DNA of 64,000 nt from Eledone cirrhosa (Eukaryota), in NCBI GenBank assembly GCA_964016885.1, contig OZ024744.1, forward strand, positions 4,278,001-4,342,000, given 5' to 3'. The translations under genes and the position numbers were made by a program. The notes under the pieces are model-generated. The model did no database searches. It worked only from the letters and a program-made list of their open reading frames with translations, and was not told the origin of the DNA. Of this stretch, positions 1 through 14,500 are shown one piece after another (position 1 is the stretch's first letter; each line of letters opens with the position of its first letter).

Positions 1-3000
1 AAGGTAGAGAAAGATAGCTTGGTGAAGAACAAAGTTTTGGGGGAAGACAAGGTAGAGAAAGATAGCTTGGTGAAGAACGAAGTTTTGAGGGAAGACGAGG
101 TAGAGAAAGATAGCTTGGTGAAGAACGAAGTTTTGGGGGAAGACAAGGTAGAGAAAGATAGCTTGGTGAAGAACGAAGTTTTGGGGGAAGACAAGGTAGA
201 GAAAGATAGCTTGGTGAAGAACGACGTTTTGAGGGAAGACAAGGTCGTGAAAGATAGCTTGGTGAAGAACGAAGTTTTGGGGAAGACAATGTAGAGAAAG
301 ATAGCTTGGTGAAGAACGAAGTTTTGGGGGAAGACAAGGTAGAGAAAGATAGCTTGGTGAAGAACGAAGTTCTGAGGGAAGACAAGGTAGAGAAAGATAG
401 CTTGGTGAAGAACGAAGTTTTGGGAGGAGACAAGGTAGAGAAAGATATCTTGGTGAAGAATGACGTTTTGTGGGAAGACAAGGTAGAGAAAGATAGCTTG
501 GTGAAGAACGAAGTTTTGTGTGAAGACAAGCTAGAGAAAGATAGCTTGGTGAAGAACGAAGTTTTGAGGGAAGATAAAATAGAGAAAGATAGCTTGGTGA
601 AGAACGACGTTTTGTGGGATGACAAGGTAGAGAAAGATGACTTGGTGAAGAACGAAGTTTTGGGGGAAGACAAGGTAGATAAAGATAGCTTGGTGAAGAA
701 CGAAGTTTTGGGGGAAGACAAGGTAGAGAAAGATAGCTTGGTGAAGAACGACGTTTTGAGGGAAGACAAGGTAGAGAAAGATAGCTTGGTGAAGAACGAA
801 GTTTTGAGGGAAGACAAGGTAGCGAAAGATAGCTTGGTGAATAACGAAGTTTTGGGGGAAGACAAGGTAGAGAAAGATAGCTTGGTGAATAACGAAGTTT
901 TGGGGGAAGACAAGGTAGAGAAAGATAGCTTGGTGAAGAACGAAGTTCTGAGGGAAGACAAGGTAGAGAAAGATAGCTTGGTGAAGAACGACGTTTTGTG
1001 GGAAGACAAGGTAGAGAAAGATATCTTGGTGAAGAAGGAAGTTTTGACGGAAGACAAGGTAGAGAAAGATAGCTTGCGAAGAACGAAGTTTTGGGGGAAG
1101 ACAAGGTAGAGAAAGATAGCTTGGTGAAGAACGAAGTTTTGTGGGAGGACAAGGTAGAGAAAGATAGCTTGGTGAAGAACGAAGTTCTGAGGGAAGACAA
1201 GGTAGAGAAAGATAGCTTGGTGAAGAACGACGTTTTGTGGGAAGACAAGGTAGAGAAAGATATCTTGGTGAAGAAGGAAGTTTTGAGGAAAGACAAGGTA
1301 GAGAAAGATAGCTTGCGAAGAACGAAGTTTTGGGGGAAGACAAGGTAGAGAAAGATAGCTTGGTGAAGAACGAAGTTTTGTGGGAGGACAAGGTAGAGAA
1401 AGATAGCTTGGTGAAGAACGACGTTTTGAGGGAAGACAAGGTAGAGAAAGATAGCTTGGTGAAGAACGAAGTTTTGACGGAAGACAAGGTAGAGAAAGAT
1501 AGCTTGGTGAAGAACGAAGTTTTGAGGGAAGACAAGGTAGCGAAAGATAGCTTGGTGAATAACGAAGTTTTGGGGGAAGACAAGGTAGAGAAAGATAGCT
1601 TGGTGAATAACGAAGTTTTGGGGGAAGACAAGGTAGAGAAAGATATCTTGGTGAAGAACGAAGTTTTGACGGAAGACAAGGTAGAGAAAGAGAGCTTGCG
1701 AAGAACGAAGTTTTGGGAGAAGACAAGGTCGAGAAAGATAGCTTGGTGAAGAACGAAATTTTGAGGGAAGACAAGGTAGAGAAAGATAGCTTGGTGAAGA
1801 ACGAAGTTTTGTGGGAGGACAAGGTAGAGAAAGATAGCTTGGTGAAGAACGACGTTTTGAGGGAAGACAAGGTAGAGAAAGATAGCTTGGTGAAGAACGA
1901 AGTTTTGACGGAAGACAAGGTAGAGAAAGATAGCTTGGTGAAGAATGACGTTTTGTGGGAAGACAAGGTAGAGAAAGATAGCTTGGTGAAGAACGAAGTT
2001 TTGGGGGAAGACAAGGTAGAGAAAGATAGCTTGGTGAAGAACGAAGTTTTGGAGGAAGACGAGGTAGAGAAAGATAGCTTGGTGAACAACGAAGTTTTGG
2101 GGGAAGACAAGGTAGAGAAAGATAGCTTGGTGAAGAACGAAGTTTTGGGGGAAGACAAGGTAGAGAAAGATAGCTTGGTGAAGAACGAAGTTTTGGGGGA
2201 AGACAAGGTAGAGAAAGATAGCTTGGTGAAGAACGACGTTTTGAGGGAAGACAAGTTAGAGAAAGATAGCTTGGTGAATAACGAAGTTTTGACGGAAGAC
2301 AAGGTAGAGAAAGATAGCTTGGTGAAGAATGACGTTTTGTGGGAAGACAATGTAGAGAAAGATAGCTTGGTGAAGAACGAAGTTTTGTATGAAGACAAGC
2401 TAGAAAAAGATAGCTTGGTGAAGAACGAAGTTTTAGGGGAAGACAAGGTAGAGAAAGATAGCTTGGTGAAGAACGAAGTTTTGGGGGAAGACAAGGTAGA
2501 GAAAGATAGCTTGGTGAAGAACAAAGTTTTGGGGGAAGACAAGGTAGAGAAAGATAGCTTGGTGAAGAACGAAGTTTTGAGGGAAGACGAGGTAGAGAAA
2601 GATAGCTTGGTGAAGAACGAAGTTTTGGGGGAAGACAAGGTAGAGAAAGATAGCTTGGTGAAGAACGAAGTTTTGGGGGAAGACAAGGTAGAGAAAGATA
2701 GCTTGGTGAAGAACGACGTTTTGAGGGAAGACAAGGTCGTGAAAGATAGCTTGGTGAAGAACGAAGTTTTGGGGAAGACAATGTAGCGAAAGATAGCTTG
2801 GTGAAGAACGAAGTTTTGGGGGAAGACAAGGTAGAGAAAGATAGCTTGGTGAAGAACGAAGTTCTGAGGGAAGACAAGGTAGAGAAAGATAGCTTGGTGA
2901 AGAACGAAGTTTTGGGAGGAGACAAGGTAGAGAAAGATATCTTGGTGAAGAACGAAGTTTTGACGGAAGACAAGGTAGAGAAAGATAGCTTGGTGAAGAA

Positions 3001-5539
3001 TGACGTTTTGTGGGAAGACAAGGTAGAGAAAGATAGCTTGGTGAAGAACGAAGTTTTGTGTGAAGACAAGCTAGAGAAAGATAGCTTGGTGAAGAACGAA
3101 GTTTTGAGGGAAGACAAGGTAGAGAAAGATAGCTTGGTGAATAACGAAGTTTTGGGAGAAGACAAGGTAGAGAAAGATAGCTTGGTGAAGAACGATGTTT
3201 TGGGGGAAGACAAGGTAGAGAAAGATAGCTTGGTGAAGAACGAAGTTTTGAGGGAAGACAAGGTAGCGAAAGATAGCTTGGTGAATAACGAAGTTTTGGG
3301 GGAAGACAAGGTAGAGAAAGATAGCTTGGTGAATAACGAAGTTTTGGGAGAAGACAAGGTCGAGAAAGATAGCTTGGTGAAGAACGAAATTTTGAGGGAA
3401 GACAAGGTAGAGAAAGATAGCTTGGTGAAGAACGACGTTTTGAGGGAAGACAAAATAGAGAAAGATAGCTTGGTGAAGAACGACGTTTTGTGGGATGACA
3501 AGGTAGAGAAAGATGACTTAGTGAAGAACGAAGTTTTGGGGGAAGACAAGGTAGATAAAGATAGCTTGGTGAAGAACGAAGTTTTGGGGGAAGACAAGGT
3601 AGAGAAAGATAGCTTGGTGAAGAACGACGTTTTGAGGGAAGACAAGGTAGAGAAAGATAGCTTGGTGAAGAACGAAGTTTTGAGGGAAGACAAGGTAGCG
3701 AAAGATAGCTTGGTGAATAACGAAGTTTTGGGGGAAGACAAGGTAGAGAAAGATAGCTTGGTGAATAACGGAGTTTTGGGGGAAGACAAGGTAGAGAAAG
3801 ATAGCTTGGTGAAGAACGAAGTTCTGAGGGAAGACAAGGTAGAGAAAGATAGCTTGGTGAAGAACGACGTTTTGTGGGAAGACAAGGTAGAGAAAGATAT
3901 CTTGGTGAAGAAGGAATTTTGACGGAAGACAAGGTAGAGAAAGATAGCTTGCGAAGAACGAAGTTTTGGGGGAAGACAAGGTAGAGAAAGATAGCTTGGT
4001 GAAGAACGAAGTTTTGTGGGAGGACAAGGTAGAGAAAGATAGCTTGGTGAAGAACGACGTTTTGAGGGAAGACAAGGTAGAGAAAGATAGCTTGGTGAAG
4101 AACGAAGTTTTGACGGAAGACAAGGTAGAGAAAGATAGCTTGGTGAAGAATGACGTTTTGTGGGAAGACAAGGTAGAGAAAGATAGCTTGGTGAAGAACG
4201 AAGTTTTGAGGGAAGACAAGGTAGAGAAAGATAGCTTGGTGAATAACGAAGTTTTGGGGGAAGACAAGGTCGAAAAAGATAGCTTGGTGAAGAACGAAGT
4301 TTTGAGGGAAGACAAGGTAGAGAAAGATAGCTTGGTGAAGAACGAAGTTTTGGGGGAAGACAAGGTAGAGAAAGATAGCTTGGTGAAGAACGAAGTTTTG
4401 AGGGAAGACAAGGTAGAGAAAGATAGCTTGGTGAAGAACGACGTTTTGTGGGAAGACAAGGTAGAGAAAGATAGCTTGGTGAAGAACGAAGTTTTGGGGG
4501 AAGACAAGGTAGAGAAAGATAGCTTGGTGAAGAACGAAGTTTTGGGGGAAGACGAGGTAGAGAAAGATAGCCTGGTGAACAACGAAGTTTTGGGGGAAGA
4601 CAAGGTAGAGAAAGATAGCTTGGTGAAGAACGAAGTTTTGGGGGAAGACAAGGTAGAGAAAGATAGCTTGGTGAAGAACGATGTTTTGGGGGAAGACAAG
4701 GTAGAGAAAGATAGCTTGGTGAAGAACGACGTTTTGAGGGAAGACAAGTTAGAGAAAGATAGCTTGGTGAAGAACGAAGTTTTGACGGAAGACAAGGTAG
4801 AGAAAGATAGCTTGGTGAAGAATGACGTTTTGTGGGAAGACAAGGTAGAGAAAGATAGCTTGGTGAAGAACGAAGTTTTGTATGAAGACAAGCTAGAGAA
4901 AGATAGCTTGGTGAAGAACGAAGTTTTAGGGGAAGACAAGGTAGAGAAAGATAGCTTGGTGAAGAACGAAGTTTTGGGGGAAGACAAGGTAGAGAAAGAT
5001 AGCTTGGTGAAGAACAAAGTTTTGGGGGAAGACAAGGTAGAGAAAGATAGCTTGGTGAAGAACGAAGTTTTGAGGGAAGACGAGGTAGAGAAAGATAGCT
5101 TGGTGAAGAACGAAGTTTTGGGGGAAGACAAGGTAGAGAAAGATAGCTTGGTGAAGAACGAAGTTTTGGGGGAAGACAAGGTAGAGAAAGATAGCTTGGT
5201 GAAGAACGACGTTTTGAGGGAAGACAAGGTCGTGAAATATAGCTTGGTGAAGAACGAAGTTTTGGGGAAGACAATGTAGAGAAAGATAGCTTGGTGAAGA
5301 ACGAAGTTTTGGGGGAAGACAAGGTAGAGAAAGATAGCTTGGTGAAGAACGAAGTTCTGAGGGAAGACAAGGTAGAGAAAGATAGCTTGGTGAAGAACGA
5401 AGTTTTGGGAGAAGACAAGGTAGAGAAAGATATCTTGGTGAAGAACGAAGTTTTGACGGAAGACAAGGTAGAGAAAGATAGCTTGGTGAAGAATGACGTT
5501 TTGTGGGAAGACAAGGTAGAGAAAGATAGCTTGGTGAAG

Positions 5540-8500
5540 AACGAAGTTTTGTGTGAAGACAAGCTAGAGAAAGATAGCTTGGTGAAGAACGAAGTTTTCA
5601 GGGAAGACAAGGTAGAGAAAGATAGCTTGGTGAATAACGAAGTTTTGGGAGAAGACAAGGTAGAGAAAGATAGCTTGGTGAAGAACGAAGTTTTGGGGGA
5701 AGACAAGGTAGAGAAAGATAGCTTGGTGAAGAACGAAGTTTTGAGGGAAGACAAGGTAGCGAAAGATAGCTTGGTGAATAACGAAGTTTTGGGCGAAGAC
5801 AAGGTCGAGAAAGATAGCTTGGTGAAGAACGAAATTTTGAGGGAAGACAAGGTAGAGAATGATAGCTTGGTGAAGAACGACGTTTTGAGGGAAGACAAAA
5901 TAGAGAAAGATAGCTTGGTGAAGAACGACGTTTTGTGGGATGACAAGGTAGAGAAAGATGACTTGGTGAAGAACGAAGTTTTGGGGGAAGACAAGGTAGA
6001 TAAAGATAGCTTGGTGAAGAACGAAGTTTTGGGGGAAGACAAGGTAGAGAAAGATAGCTTGGTGAAGAACGACGTTTTGAGGGAAGACAAGGTAGAGAAA
6101 GATAGCTTGGTGTAGAACGAAGTTTTGGGGAAGACAATGTAGAGAAAGATAGCTTGGTGAAGAACGAAGTTTTGGGGGAAGACAAGGTAGAGAAAGATAG
6201 CTTGGTGAAGAACGAAGTTCTGAGGGAAGACAAGGTAGAGAAAGATAGCTTGGTGAAGAACGACGTTTTGTGGGAAGACAAGGTAGAGAAAGATATCTTG
6301 GTGAAGAACGAAGTTTTGACGGAAGACAAGGTAGAGAAAGATAGCTTGCGAAGAACGAAGTTTTGGGGGAAGACAAGGTAGAGAAAGATAGCTTGGTGAA
6401 GAATGAAGTTTTGTGGGAGGACAAGGTAGAGAAAGATAGCTTGGTGAAGAACGACGTTTTGAGGGAAGACAAGGTAGAGAAAGGTAGCTTGGTGAAGAAC
6501 GAAGTTTTGACGGAAGACAAGGTAGAGAAAGATAGCTTGGTGAAGAATGACGTTTTGTGGGAAGACAATGTAGAGAAAGATAGCTTGGTGAAGAACGAAG
6601 TTTTGAGGAAAGACAAGGTAGAGAAAGATAGCTTGGTGAATAACGAAGTTTTGGGGGAAGACAAGGTCGAAAAAGATAGCTTGGTGAAGAACGAAGTTTT
6701 GAGAGAAGACAAGGTAGAGAAAGATAGCTTGGTGAAGAACGAAGTTTTGGGGGAAGTCAAGGTAGAGAAAGATAGCTTGGTGAAGAACGAAGTTTTGAGG
6801 GAAGACAAGTTAGAGAAAGATAGCTTGGTGAAGAACGACGTTTTGTGGGAAGACAAGGTAGAGAAAGATAGCTTGGTGAAGAACGAAGTTTTGTGGGAAG
6901 ACAAGGTAGAGAAAGATAGCTTGGTGAAGAACGAAGTTTTGGGGGAAGACAAGGTAGAGAAAGATAGCTTGGTGAAGAACGAAGTTTTGGGGGAAGACGA
7001 GGTAGAGAAAGATAGCTTGGTGAACAACGAAGTTTTGGTGGAAGACAAGGTAGAGAAAGATAGCTTGGTGAAGAACGAAGTTTTGGGGAAGACAATGTAG
7101 AGAAAGATAGCTTGGTGAAGAACGAAGTTTTGGGGGAAGACACGTTAGAGAAAGATAGCTTGGTGAAGAACGAAGGTTTGAGGGAAGACAAGGTAGAGAA
7201 AGATAGCTTGGTGAACAACGAAGTTTTGGGAGAAGACAAGGTAGAGAAAGATAGCTTGGTGAAGAACGACTTTTTGAGGGAAGACAAGGTAGAGAAAGAT
7301 AGCTTGGTGAAGAACGAAGTTTTGGGGAAGACAATGTAGAGAAAGATAGCTTGGTGAAGAACGAAGTTTTGGGGGAAGACAAGGTAGAGAAAGATAGCTT
7401 GTTGAAGAACGAAGTTCTGAGGGAAGACAAGGTAGAGAAAGATAGCTTGGTGAAGAACGAAGTTTTGGGAGAAGACAAGGTAGAGAAAGATATATTGGTG
7501 AAGAACGAAGTTTTGACGGAAGACAAGGTAGAGAAAGATAGCTTGGTGAAGAACGACGTTTTGTGGGAAGACAAGGTAGAGAAAGATAGCTTGGTGAAGA
7601 ACGAAGTTTTGTGGGAAGACAAGGTAGAGAAAGATAGCTTGGTGAAGAACGAAGTTTTGGGGGAAGACAAGGTAGAGAAAGATAGCTTGGTGAAGAACGA
7701 AGTTTTGGGGGAACACGAGGTAGAGAAAGATAGCTTGGTGAACAACGAAGTTTTGGGGGAAGACAAGGTAGAGAAAGATAGCTTGGTGAATAACGAAGTT
7801 TTGGGAGAAGACAAGGTAGAGACAGATAGCTTGGTGAAGAACGATGTTTTGAGGGAAGACAAGGTAGAGAAAGATAGTTTGGTGAAGAACGAAGTTTTGG
7901 GGGAAAAAAAGGTAGAGAAAGATAGCTTGGTGAAGAACGACGTTTTGTGGGAAGACAAGGTAGAGAAAGATAGCTTGGTGAAGAACGAAGTTTTGGGGGA
8001 AGACAAGGTAGAGAAAGATAGCTTGGTGAAGAACGAAGTTTTGAGGGAATGCAAAGTAGAGAAAGATAGCTTGATCAAGAACGAAGTTTTGAGGGAAGAC
8101 AAGGTAGAGAAAGATAGCTTGATGAAGAACGGAGTTTTGAGGGAAGACAAGATGGAGAAAGATAGCTTGGTGAAGAACGAAGTTTTGAGGGAAGACAAGG
8201 TAGAGAAAGATAGTTTGGTGAAGAACGGAGTTTTGGGGGAAAAAAAGGTAGAGAAAGATAGCTTGGTGAAGAACGAAGTTTTGAGGGAAGACAAGGTAGA
8301 GAAAGATAGCTTGGTGAATAACGAAGTTTTGGGGGAAGACAAGGTAGAGAAAGATAGCTTGGTGAATAACGAAGTTTTGGGAGAAGACAAGGTCGAGAAA
8401 GATAGCTTGGTGAAGAACGAAATTTTGAGGGAAGACAAGGTAGAGAAAAATAGCTTGGTGAAGAACGACGTTTTGAGGGAAGACAAAATAGAGAAAGATA

Positions 8501-11500
8501 GCTTGGTGAAGAACGACGTTTTGTGGGATGACAAGGTAGAGAAAGATGACTTGGTGAAGAACGAAGTTTTGGGGGAAGACAAGGTAGATAAAGATAGCTT
8601 GGTGAAGAACGAAGTTTTGGGGGAAGACAAGGTAGAGAAAGATAGCTTGGTGAAGAACGACGTTTTGAGGGAAGACAAGGTAGAGAAAGATAGCTTGGTG
8701 AAGAACGAAGTTTTGAGGGAAGACAAGGTAGCGAAAGATAGCTTGGTGAATAACGAAGTTTTGGGGGAAGACAAGGTAGAGAAAGATAGCTTGGTGAATA
8801 ACGAAGTTTTGGGGGAAGACAAGGTAGAGAAAGATAGCTTGGTGAAGAACGAAGTTCTGAGGGAAGACAAGGTAGAGAAAGATAGCTTGGTGAAGAACGA
8901 CGTTTTGTGGGAAGACAAGGTAGAGAAAGATATCTTGGTGAAGAAGGAAGTTTTGACGGAAGACAAGGTAGAGAAAGATAGCTTGCGAAGAACGAAGTTT
9001 TGGGGGAAGACAAGGTAGAGAAAGATAGCTTGGTGAAGAACGAAGTTTTGTGGGAGGACAAGGTAGAGTAAGATAGCTTGGTGAAGAACGACGTTTTGAG
9101 GGAAGACAAGGTAGAGAAAGATAGCTTGGTGAAGAACGAAGTTTTGACGGAAGACAAGGTAGAGAAAGATAGCTTGGTGAAGAATGACGTTTTGTGGGAA
9201 GACAAGGTAGAGAAAGATAGCTTGGTGAAGAACGAAGTTTTGAGGGAAGACAAGGTAGAGAAAGATAGCTTGGTGAATAACGAAGTTTTGGGGGAAGACA
9301 AGGTCGAAAAAGATAGCTTGGTGAAGAACGAAGTTTTGAGGGAAGACAAGGTAGAGAAAGATAGCTTGGTGAAGAATGAAGTTTTGGGGGAAGACAAGGT
9401 AGAGAAAGATAGCTTGGTGAAGAACGAAGTTTTGAGGGAAGACAAGGTAGAGAAAGATAGCTTGGTGAAGAACGACGTTTTGTGGGAAGACAAGGTAGAG
9501 AAAGATAGCTTGGTGAAGAACGAAGTTTTGTGGGAAGACAAGGTAGAGAAAGATAGCTTGGTGAAGAACGAAGTTTTGGGGGAAGACAAGGTAGAGAAAG
9601 ATAGCTTGGTGAAGAACGAAGTTTTGGGGGAAGACGAGGTAGAGAAAGATAGCCTGGTGAACAACGAAGTTTTGGGGGAAGACAAGGTAGAGAAAGATAG
9701 CTTGGTGAAGAACGAAGTTTTGGGGGAAGACAAGGTAGAGAAAGATAGCTTGGTGAAGAACGATGTTTTGGGGGAAGACAAGGTAGAGAAAGATAGCTTG
9801 GTGAAGAACGACGTTTTGAGGGAAGACAAGTTAGAGAAAGATAGCTTGGTGAAGAACGAAGTTTTGACGGAAGACAAGGTAGAGAAAGATAGCTTGGTGA
9901 AGAATGACGTTTTGTGGGAAGACAAGGTAGAGAAAGATAGATTGGTGAAGAACGAAGTTTTGTATGAAGACAAGCTAGAGAAAGATAGCTTGGTGAAGAA
10001 CGAAGTTTTAGGGGAAGACAAGGTAGAGAAAGATAGCTTGGTGAAGAACGAAGTTTTGGGGGAAGACAAGGTAGAGAAAGATAGCTTGGTGAAGAACAAA
10101 GTTTTGGGGGAAGACAAGGTAGAGAAAGATAGCTTGGTGAAGAACGAAGTTTTGAGGGAAGACGAGGTAGAGAAAGATAGCTTGGTGAAGAACGAAGTTT
10201 TGGGGGAAGACAAGGTAGAGAAAGATAGCTTGGTGAAGAACGAAATTTTGGGGGAAGACAAGGTAGAGAAAGATAGCTTGGTGAAGAACGACGTTTTGAG
10301 GGAAGACAAGGTCGTGAAAGATAGCTTGGTGAAGAACGAAGTTTTGGGGAAGACAATGTAGAGAAAGATAGCTTGGTGAAGAACGAAGTTTTGGGGGAAG
10401 ACAAGGTAGAGAAAGATAGCTTGGTGAAGAACGAAGTTCTGAGGGAAGACAAGGTAGAGAAAGATAGCTTGGTGAAGAACGAAGTTTTGGGAGAAGACAA
10501 GGTAGAGAAAGATATATTGGTGAAGAACGAAGTTTTGACGGAAGACAAGGTAGAGAAAGATAGCTTGGTGAAGAATGACGTTTTGTGGGAAGCCAAGGTA
10601 GAGAAAGATAGCTTGGTGAAGAACGAAGTTTTGTGTGAAGACAAGCTAGAGAAAGATAGCTTGGTGAAGAACGAAGTTTTGAGGGAAGACAAGGTAGAGA
10701 AAGATAGCTTGGTGAATAACGAAGTTTTGGGAGAAGACAAGGTAGAGAAAGATAGCTTGGTGAAGAACGAAGTTTTGGGGGAAGACAAGGTAGAGAAAGA
10801 TAGCTTGGTGAAGAACGAAGTTTTGAGGGAAGACAAGGTAGCGAAAGATAGCTTGGTGAATAACGAAGTTTTGGGCGAAGACAAGGTAGAGAAAGATAGC
10901 TTGGTGAATAACGAAGTTTTGGGAGAAGACAAGGTCGAGAAAGATAGCTTGGTGAAGAACGAAATTTTGAGGGAAGACAAGATAGAGAATGATAGCTTGG
11001 TGAAGAACGACGTTTTGAGGGAAGACAAAATAGAAAAAGATAGCTTGGTGAAGAACGACGTTTTGTGGGATGACAAGGTAGAGAAAGATGACTTGGTGAA
11101 GAACGAAGTTTTGGGGGAAGACAAGGTAGATAAAGATAGCTTGGTGAAGAACGAAGTTTTGGGGGAAGACAAGGTAGAGAAAGATAGCTTGGTGAAGAAC
11201 GACGTTTTGAGGGAAGACAAGGTAGAGAAAGATAGCTTGGTGAAGAACGAAGTTTTGGGGAAGACAATGTAGAGAAAGATAGCTTGGTGAAGAACGAAGT
11301 TTTGGGGGAAGACAAGGTAGAGAAAGATAGCTTGGTGAAGAACGAAGTTCTGAGGGAAGACAAGGTAGAGAAAGATAGCTTGGTGAAGAACGACGTTTTG
11401 TGGGAAGACAAGGTAGAGAAAGATATCTTGGTGAAGAACGAAGTTTTGACGGAAGACAAGGTAGAGAAAGATAGCTTGCGAAGAACGAAGTTTTGGGGGA

Positions 11501-12060
11501 AGACAAGGTAGAGAAAGATAGCTTGGTGAAGAACGAAGTTTTGTGGGAGAACAAGGTAGAGAAAGATAGCTTGGTGAAGAACGACGTTTTGAGGGAAGAC
11601 AAGGTAGAGAAAGGTAGCTTGGTGAAGAACGAAGTTTTGACGGAAGACAAGGTAGAGAAAGATAGCTTAGTGAAGAATGACGTTTTGTGGGAAGACAATG
11701 TAGAGAAAGATAGCTTGGTGAAGAACGAAGTTTTGAGGAAAGACAAGGTAGAGAAAGATAGCTTGGTGAATAACGAAGTTTTGGGGGAAGACAAGGTCGA
11801 AAAAGATAGCTTGGTGAAGAACGAAGTTTTGAGAGAAGACAAGGTAGAGAAAGATAGCTTGGTGAAGAACGAAGTTTTGGGGGAAGACAAGGTAGAGAAA
11901 GATAGCTTGGTGAAGAACGAAGTTTTGAGGGAAGACAAGTTAGAGAAAGATAGCTTGGTGAAGAACGACGTTTTGTGGGAAGACAAGGTAGAGAAAGATA
12001 GCTTGGTGAAGAAGGAAGATTTGACGGAAGACAAGGTAGAGAAAGATAGCTTGCGAAGAA
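5540..12060. repeat. About 6.5-kb block duplicated at ~22990-29510 (offset 17,452/17,451)
   Basis: Shared rare variants: TGTAG at 6111 and 23563; GAAGTCAAG at ~6753 and ~24205. ORF pairs 6154/23606, 7112/24564, 7351/24803, 10373/27824 and 11493/28944 keep a constant offset, shifted by one after a deletion at ~25065. Boundaries are approximate. Confidence 0.85.
7351..9018 (+). other. Longest + strand run of the repeat reading frame (KVEKDSLVKNEVLxED)n; probably not a gene
   Basis: 555 codons bounded by two recurrent -1 frameshift monomers. It starts at a TTG present in nearly every monomer and has no unique N- or C-terminal sequence. The confidence value is for its being a real CDS. Confidence 0.07.
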
Positions 12061-14500
12061 CGAAGTTTTGGGGGAAGACAAGGTCGAAAAAGATAGCTTG
12101 GTGAAGAACGAAGTTTTGAGAGAAGACAAGGTAGAGAAAGATAGCTTGGTGAAGAACGAAGTTTTGGGGGAAGACAAGGTAGAGAAAGATAGCTTGGTGA
12201 AGAACGAAGTTTTGTGGGAGGACAAGGTAGAGAAAGATAGCTTGGTGAAGAACGACGTTTTGAGGGAAGACAAGGTAGAGAAAGATAGCTTGGTGAAGAA
12301 CGAAGTTTTGACGGAAGACAAGGTAGAGAAAGATAGCTTGGTGAAGAATGACGTTTTGTGGGAAGACAAGGTAGAGAAAGATAGCTTGGTGAAGAACGAA
12401 GTTTTGAGGGAAGACAAGGTAGAGAAAGATAGCTTGGTGAATAACGAAGTTTTGGGGGAAGACAAGGTCGAAAAAGATAGCTTGGTGAAGAACGAAGTTT
12501 TGAGGGAAGACAAGGTAGAGAAAGATAGCTTGGTGAAGAACGAAGTTTTGGGGGAAGACAAGGTAGAGAAAGATAGCTTGGTGAAGAACGAAGTTTTGAG
12601 GGAAGACAAGGTAGAGAAAGATAGCTTGGTGAATAACGAAGTTTTGGGAGAAGACAAGGTAGAGAAAGATAGCTTGGTGAAGAACGAAGTTTTGGGGGAA
12701 GACAAGGTAGAGAAAGATAGCTTGGTGAAGAACGAAGTTTTGAGGGAAGACAAGGTAGCGAAAGATAGCTTGGTGAATAACGAAGTTTTGGGCGAAGACA
12801 AGGTAGAGAAAGATAGCTTGGTGAATAACGAAGTTTTGGGAGAAGACAAGGTCGAGAAAGATAGCTTGGTGAAGAACGAAATTTTGAGGGAAGACAAGAT
12901 AGAGAATGATAGCTTGGTGAAGAACGACGTTTTGAGGGAAGACAAAATAGAGAAAGATAGCTTGGTGAAGAACGACGTTTTGTGGGATGACAAGGTAGAG
13001 AAAGATGACTTGGTGAAGAACGAAGTTTTGGGGGAAGACAAGGTAGATAAAGATAGCTTGGTGAAGAACGAAGTTTTGGGGGAAGACAAGGTAGAGAAAG
13101 ATAGCTTGGTGAAGAACGACGTTTTGAGGGAAGACAAGGTAGAGAAAGATAGCTTGGTGAAGAACGAAGTTTTGGGGAAGACAATGTAGAGAAAGATAGC
13201 TTGGTGAAGAACGAAGTTTTGGGGGAAGACAAGGTAGAGAAAGATAGCTTGGTGAAGAACGAAGTTCTGAGGGAAGACAAGGTAGAGAAAGATAGCTTGG
13301 TGAAGAACGACGTTTTGTGGGAAGACAAGGTAGAGAAAGATATCTTGGTGAAGAACGAAGTTTTGACGGAAGACAAGGTAGAGAAAGATAGCTTGCGAAG
13401 AACGAAGTTTTGGGGGAAGACAAGGTAGAGAAAGATAGCTTGGTGAAGAACGAAGTTTTGTGGGAGAACAAGGTAGAGAAAGATAGCTTGGTGAAGAACG
13501 ACGTTTTGAGGGAAGACAAGGTAGAGAAAGGTAGCTTGGTGAAGAACGAAGTTTTGACGGAAGACAAGGTAGAGAAAGATAGCTTGGTGAAGAATGACGT
13601 TTTGTGGGAAGACAATGTAGAGAAAGATAGCTTGGTGAAGAACGAAGTTTTGAGGAAAGACAAGGTAGAGAAAGATAGCTTGGTGAATAACGAAGTTTTG
13701 GGGGAAGACAAGGTCGAAAAAGATAGCTTGGTGAAGAACGAAGTTTTGAGAGAAGACAAGGTAGAGAAAGATAGCTTGGTGAAGAACGAAGTTTTGGGGG
13801 AAGACAAGGTAGAGAAAGATAGCTTGGTGAAGAACGAAGTTTTGAGGGAAGACAAGTTAGAGAAAGATAGCTTGGTGAAGAACGACGTTTTGTGGGAAGA
13901 CAAGGTAGAGAAAGATAGCTTGGTGAAGAAGGAAGATTTGACGGAAGACAAGGTAGAGAAAGATAGCTTGCGAAGAACGAAGTTTTGGGGGAAGACAAGG
14001 TCGAAAAAGATAGCTTGGTGAAGAACGAAGTTTTGAGAGAAGACAAGGTAGAGAAAGATAGCTTGGTGAAGAACGAAGTTTTGGGGGAAGACAAGGTAGA
14101 GAAAGATAGCTTGGTGAAGAACGAAGTTTTGTGGGAGGACAAGGTAGAGAAAGATAGCTTGGTGAAGAACGACGTTTTGAGGGAAGACAAGGTAGAGAAA
14201 GATAGCTTGGTGAAGAACGAAGTTTTGACGGAAGACAAGGTAGAGAAAGATAGCTTGGTGAAGAATGACGTTTTGTGGGAAGACAAGGTAGAGAAAGATA
14301 GCTTGGTGAAGAACGAAGTTTTGAGGGAAGACAAGGTAGAGAAAGATAGCTTGGTGAATAACGAAGTTTTGGGGGAAGACAAGGTCGAAAAAGATAGCTT
14401 GGTGAAGAACGAAGTTTTGAGGGAAGACAAGGTAGAGAAAGATAGCTTGGTGAAGAACGAAGTTTTGGGGGAAGACAAGGTAGAGAAAGATAGCTTGGTG
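10670..14500. repeat. Tandem duplication, period 1,917 bp (40 monomers minus 3 bp)
   Basis: Private variant AAG-ATA-GAG-AAT at 10982 and 12899. ORF pairs 11284/13201, 11493/13410 and 12068/13985. Confidence 0.85.

Noticed and set aside
66-82. CENP-B box-like motif on the - strand (CTTCGTTCTTCACCAAG)
   Set aside because: It shares CTTCGTT with the human box but only 5 of the 9 essential positions of NTTCGNNNNANNCGGGN; the GGG is missing.
270-300. Phase variation or programmed frameshifting at TTTTGGGG(G)
   Set aside because: The G run is only 4-5 nt, and the short form is linked to a downstream substitution, which points to inheritance by duplication. Other indel types and in-frame stops would still break the product.
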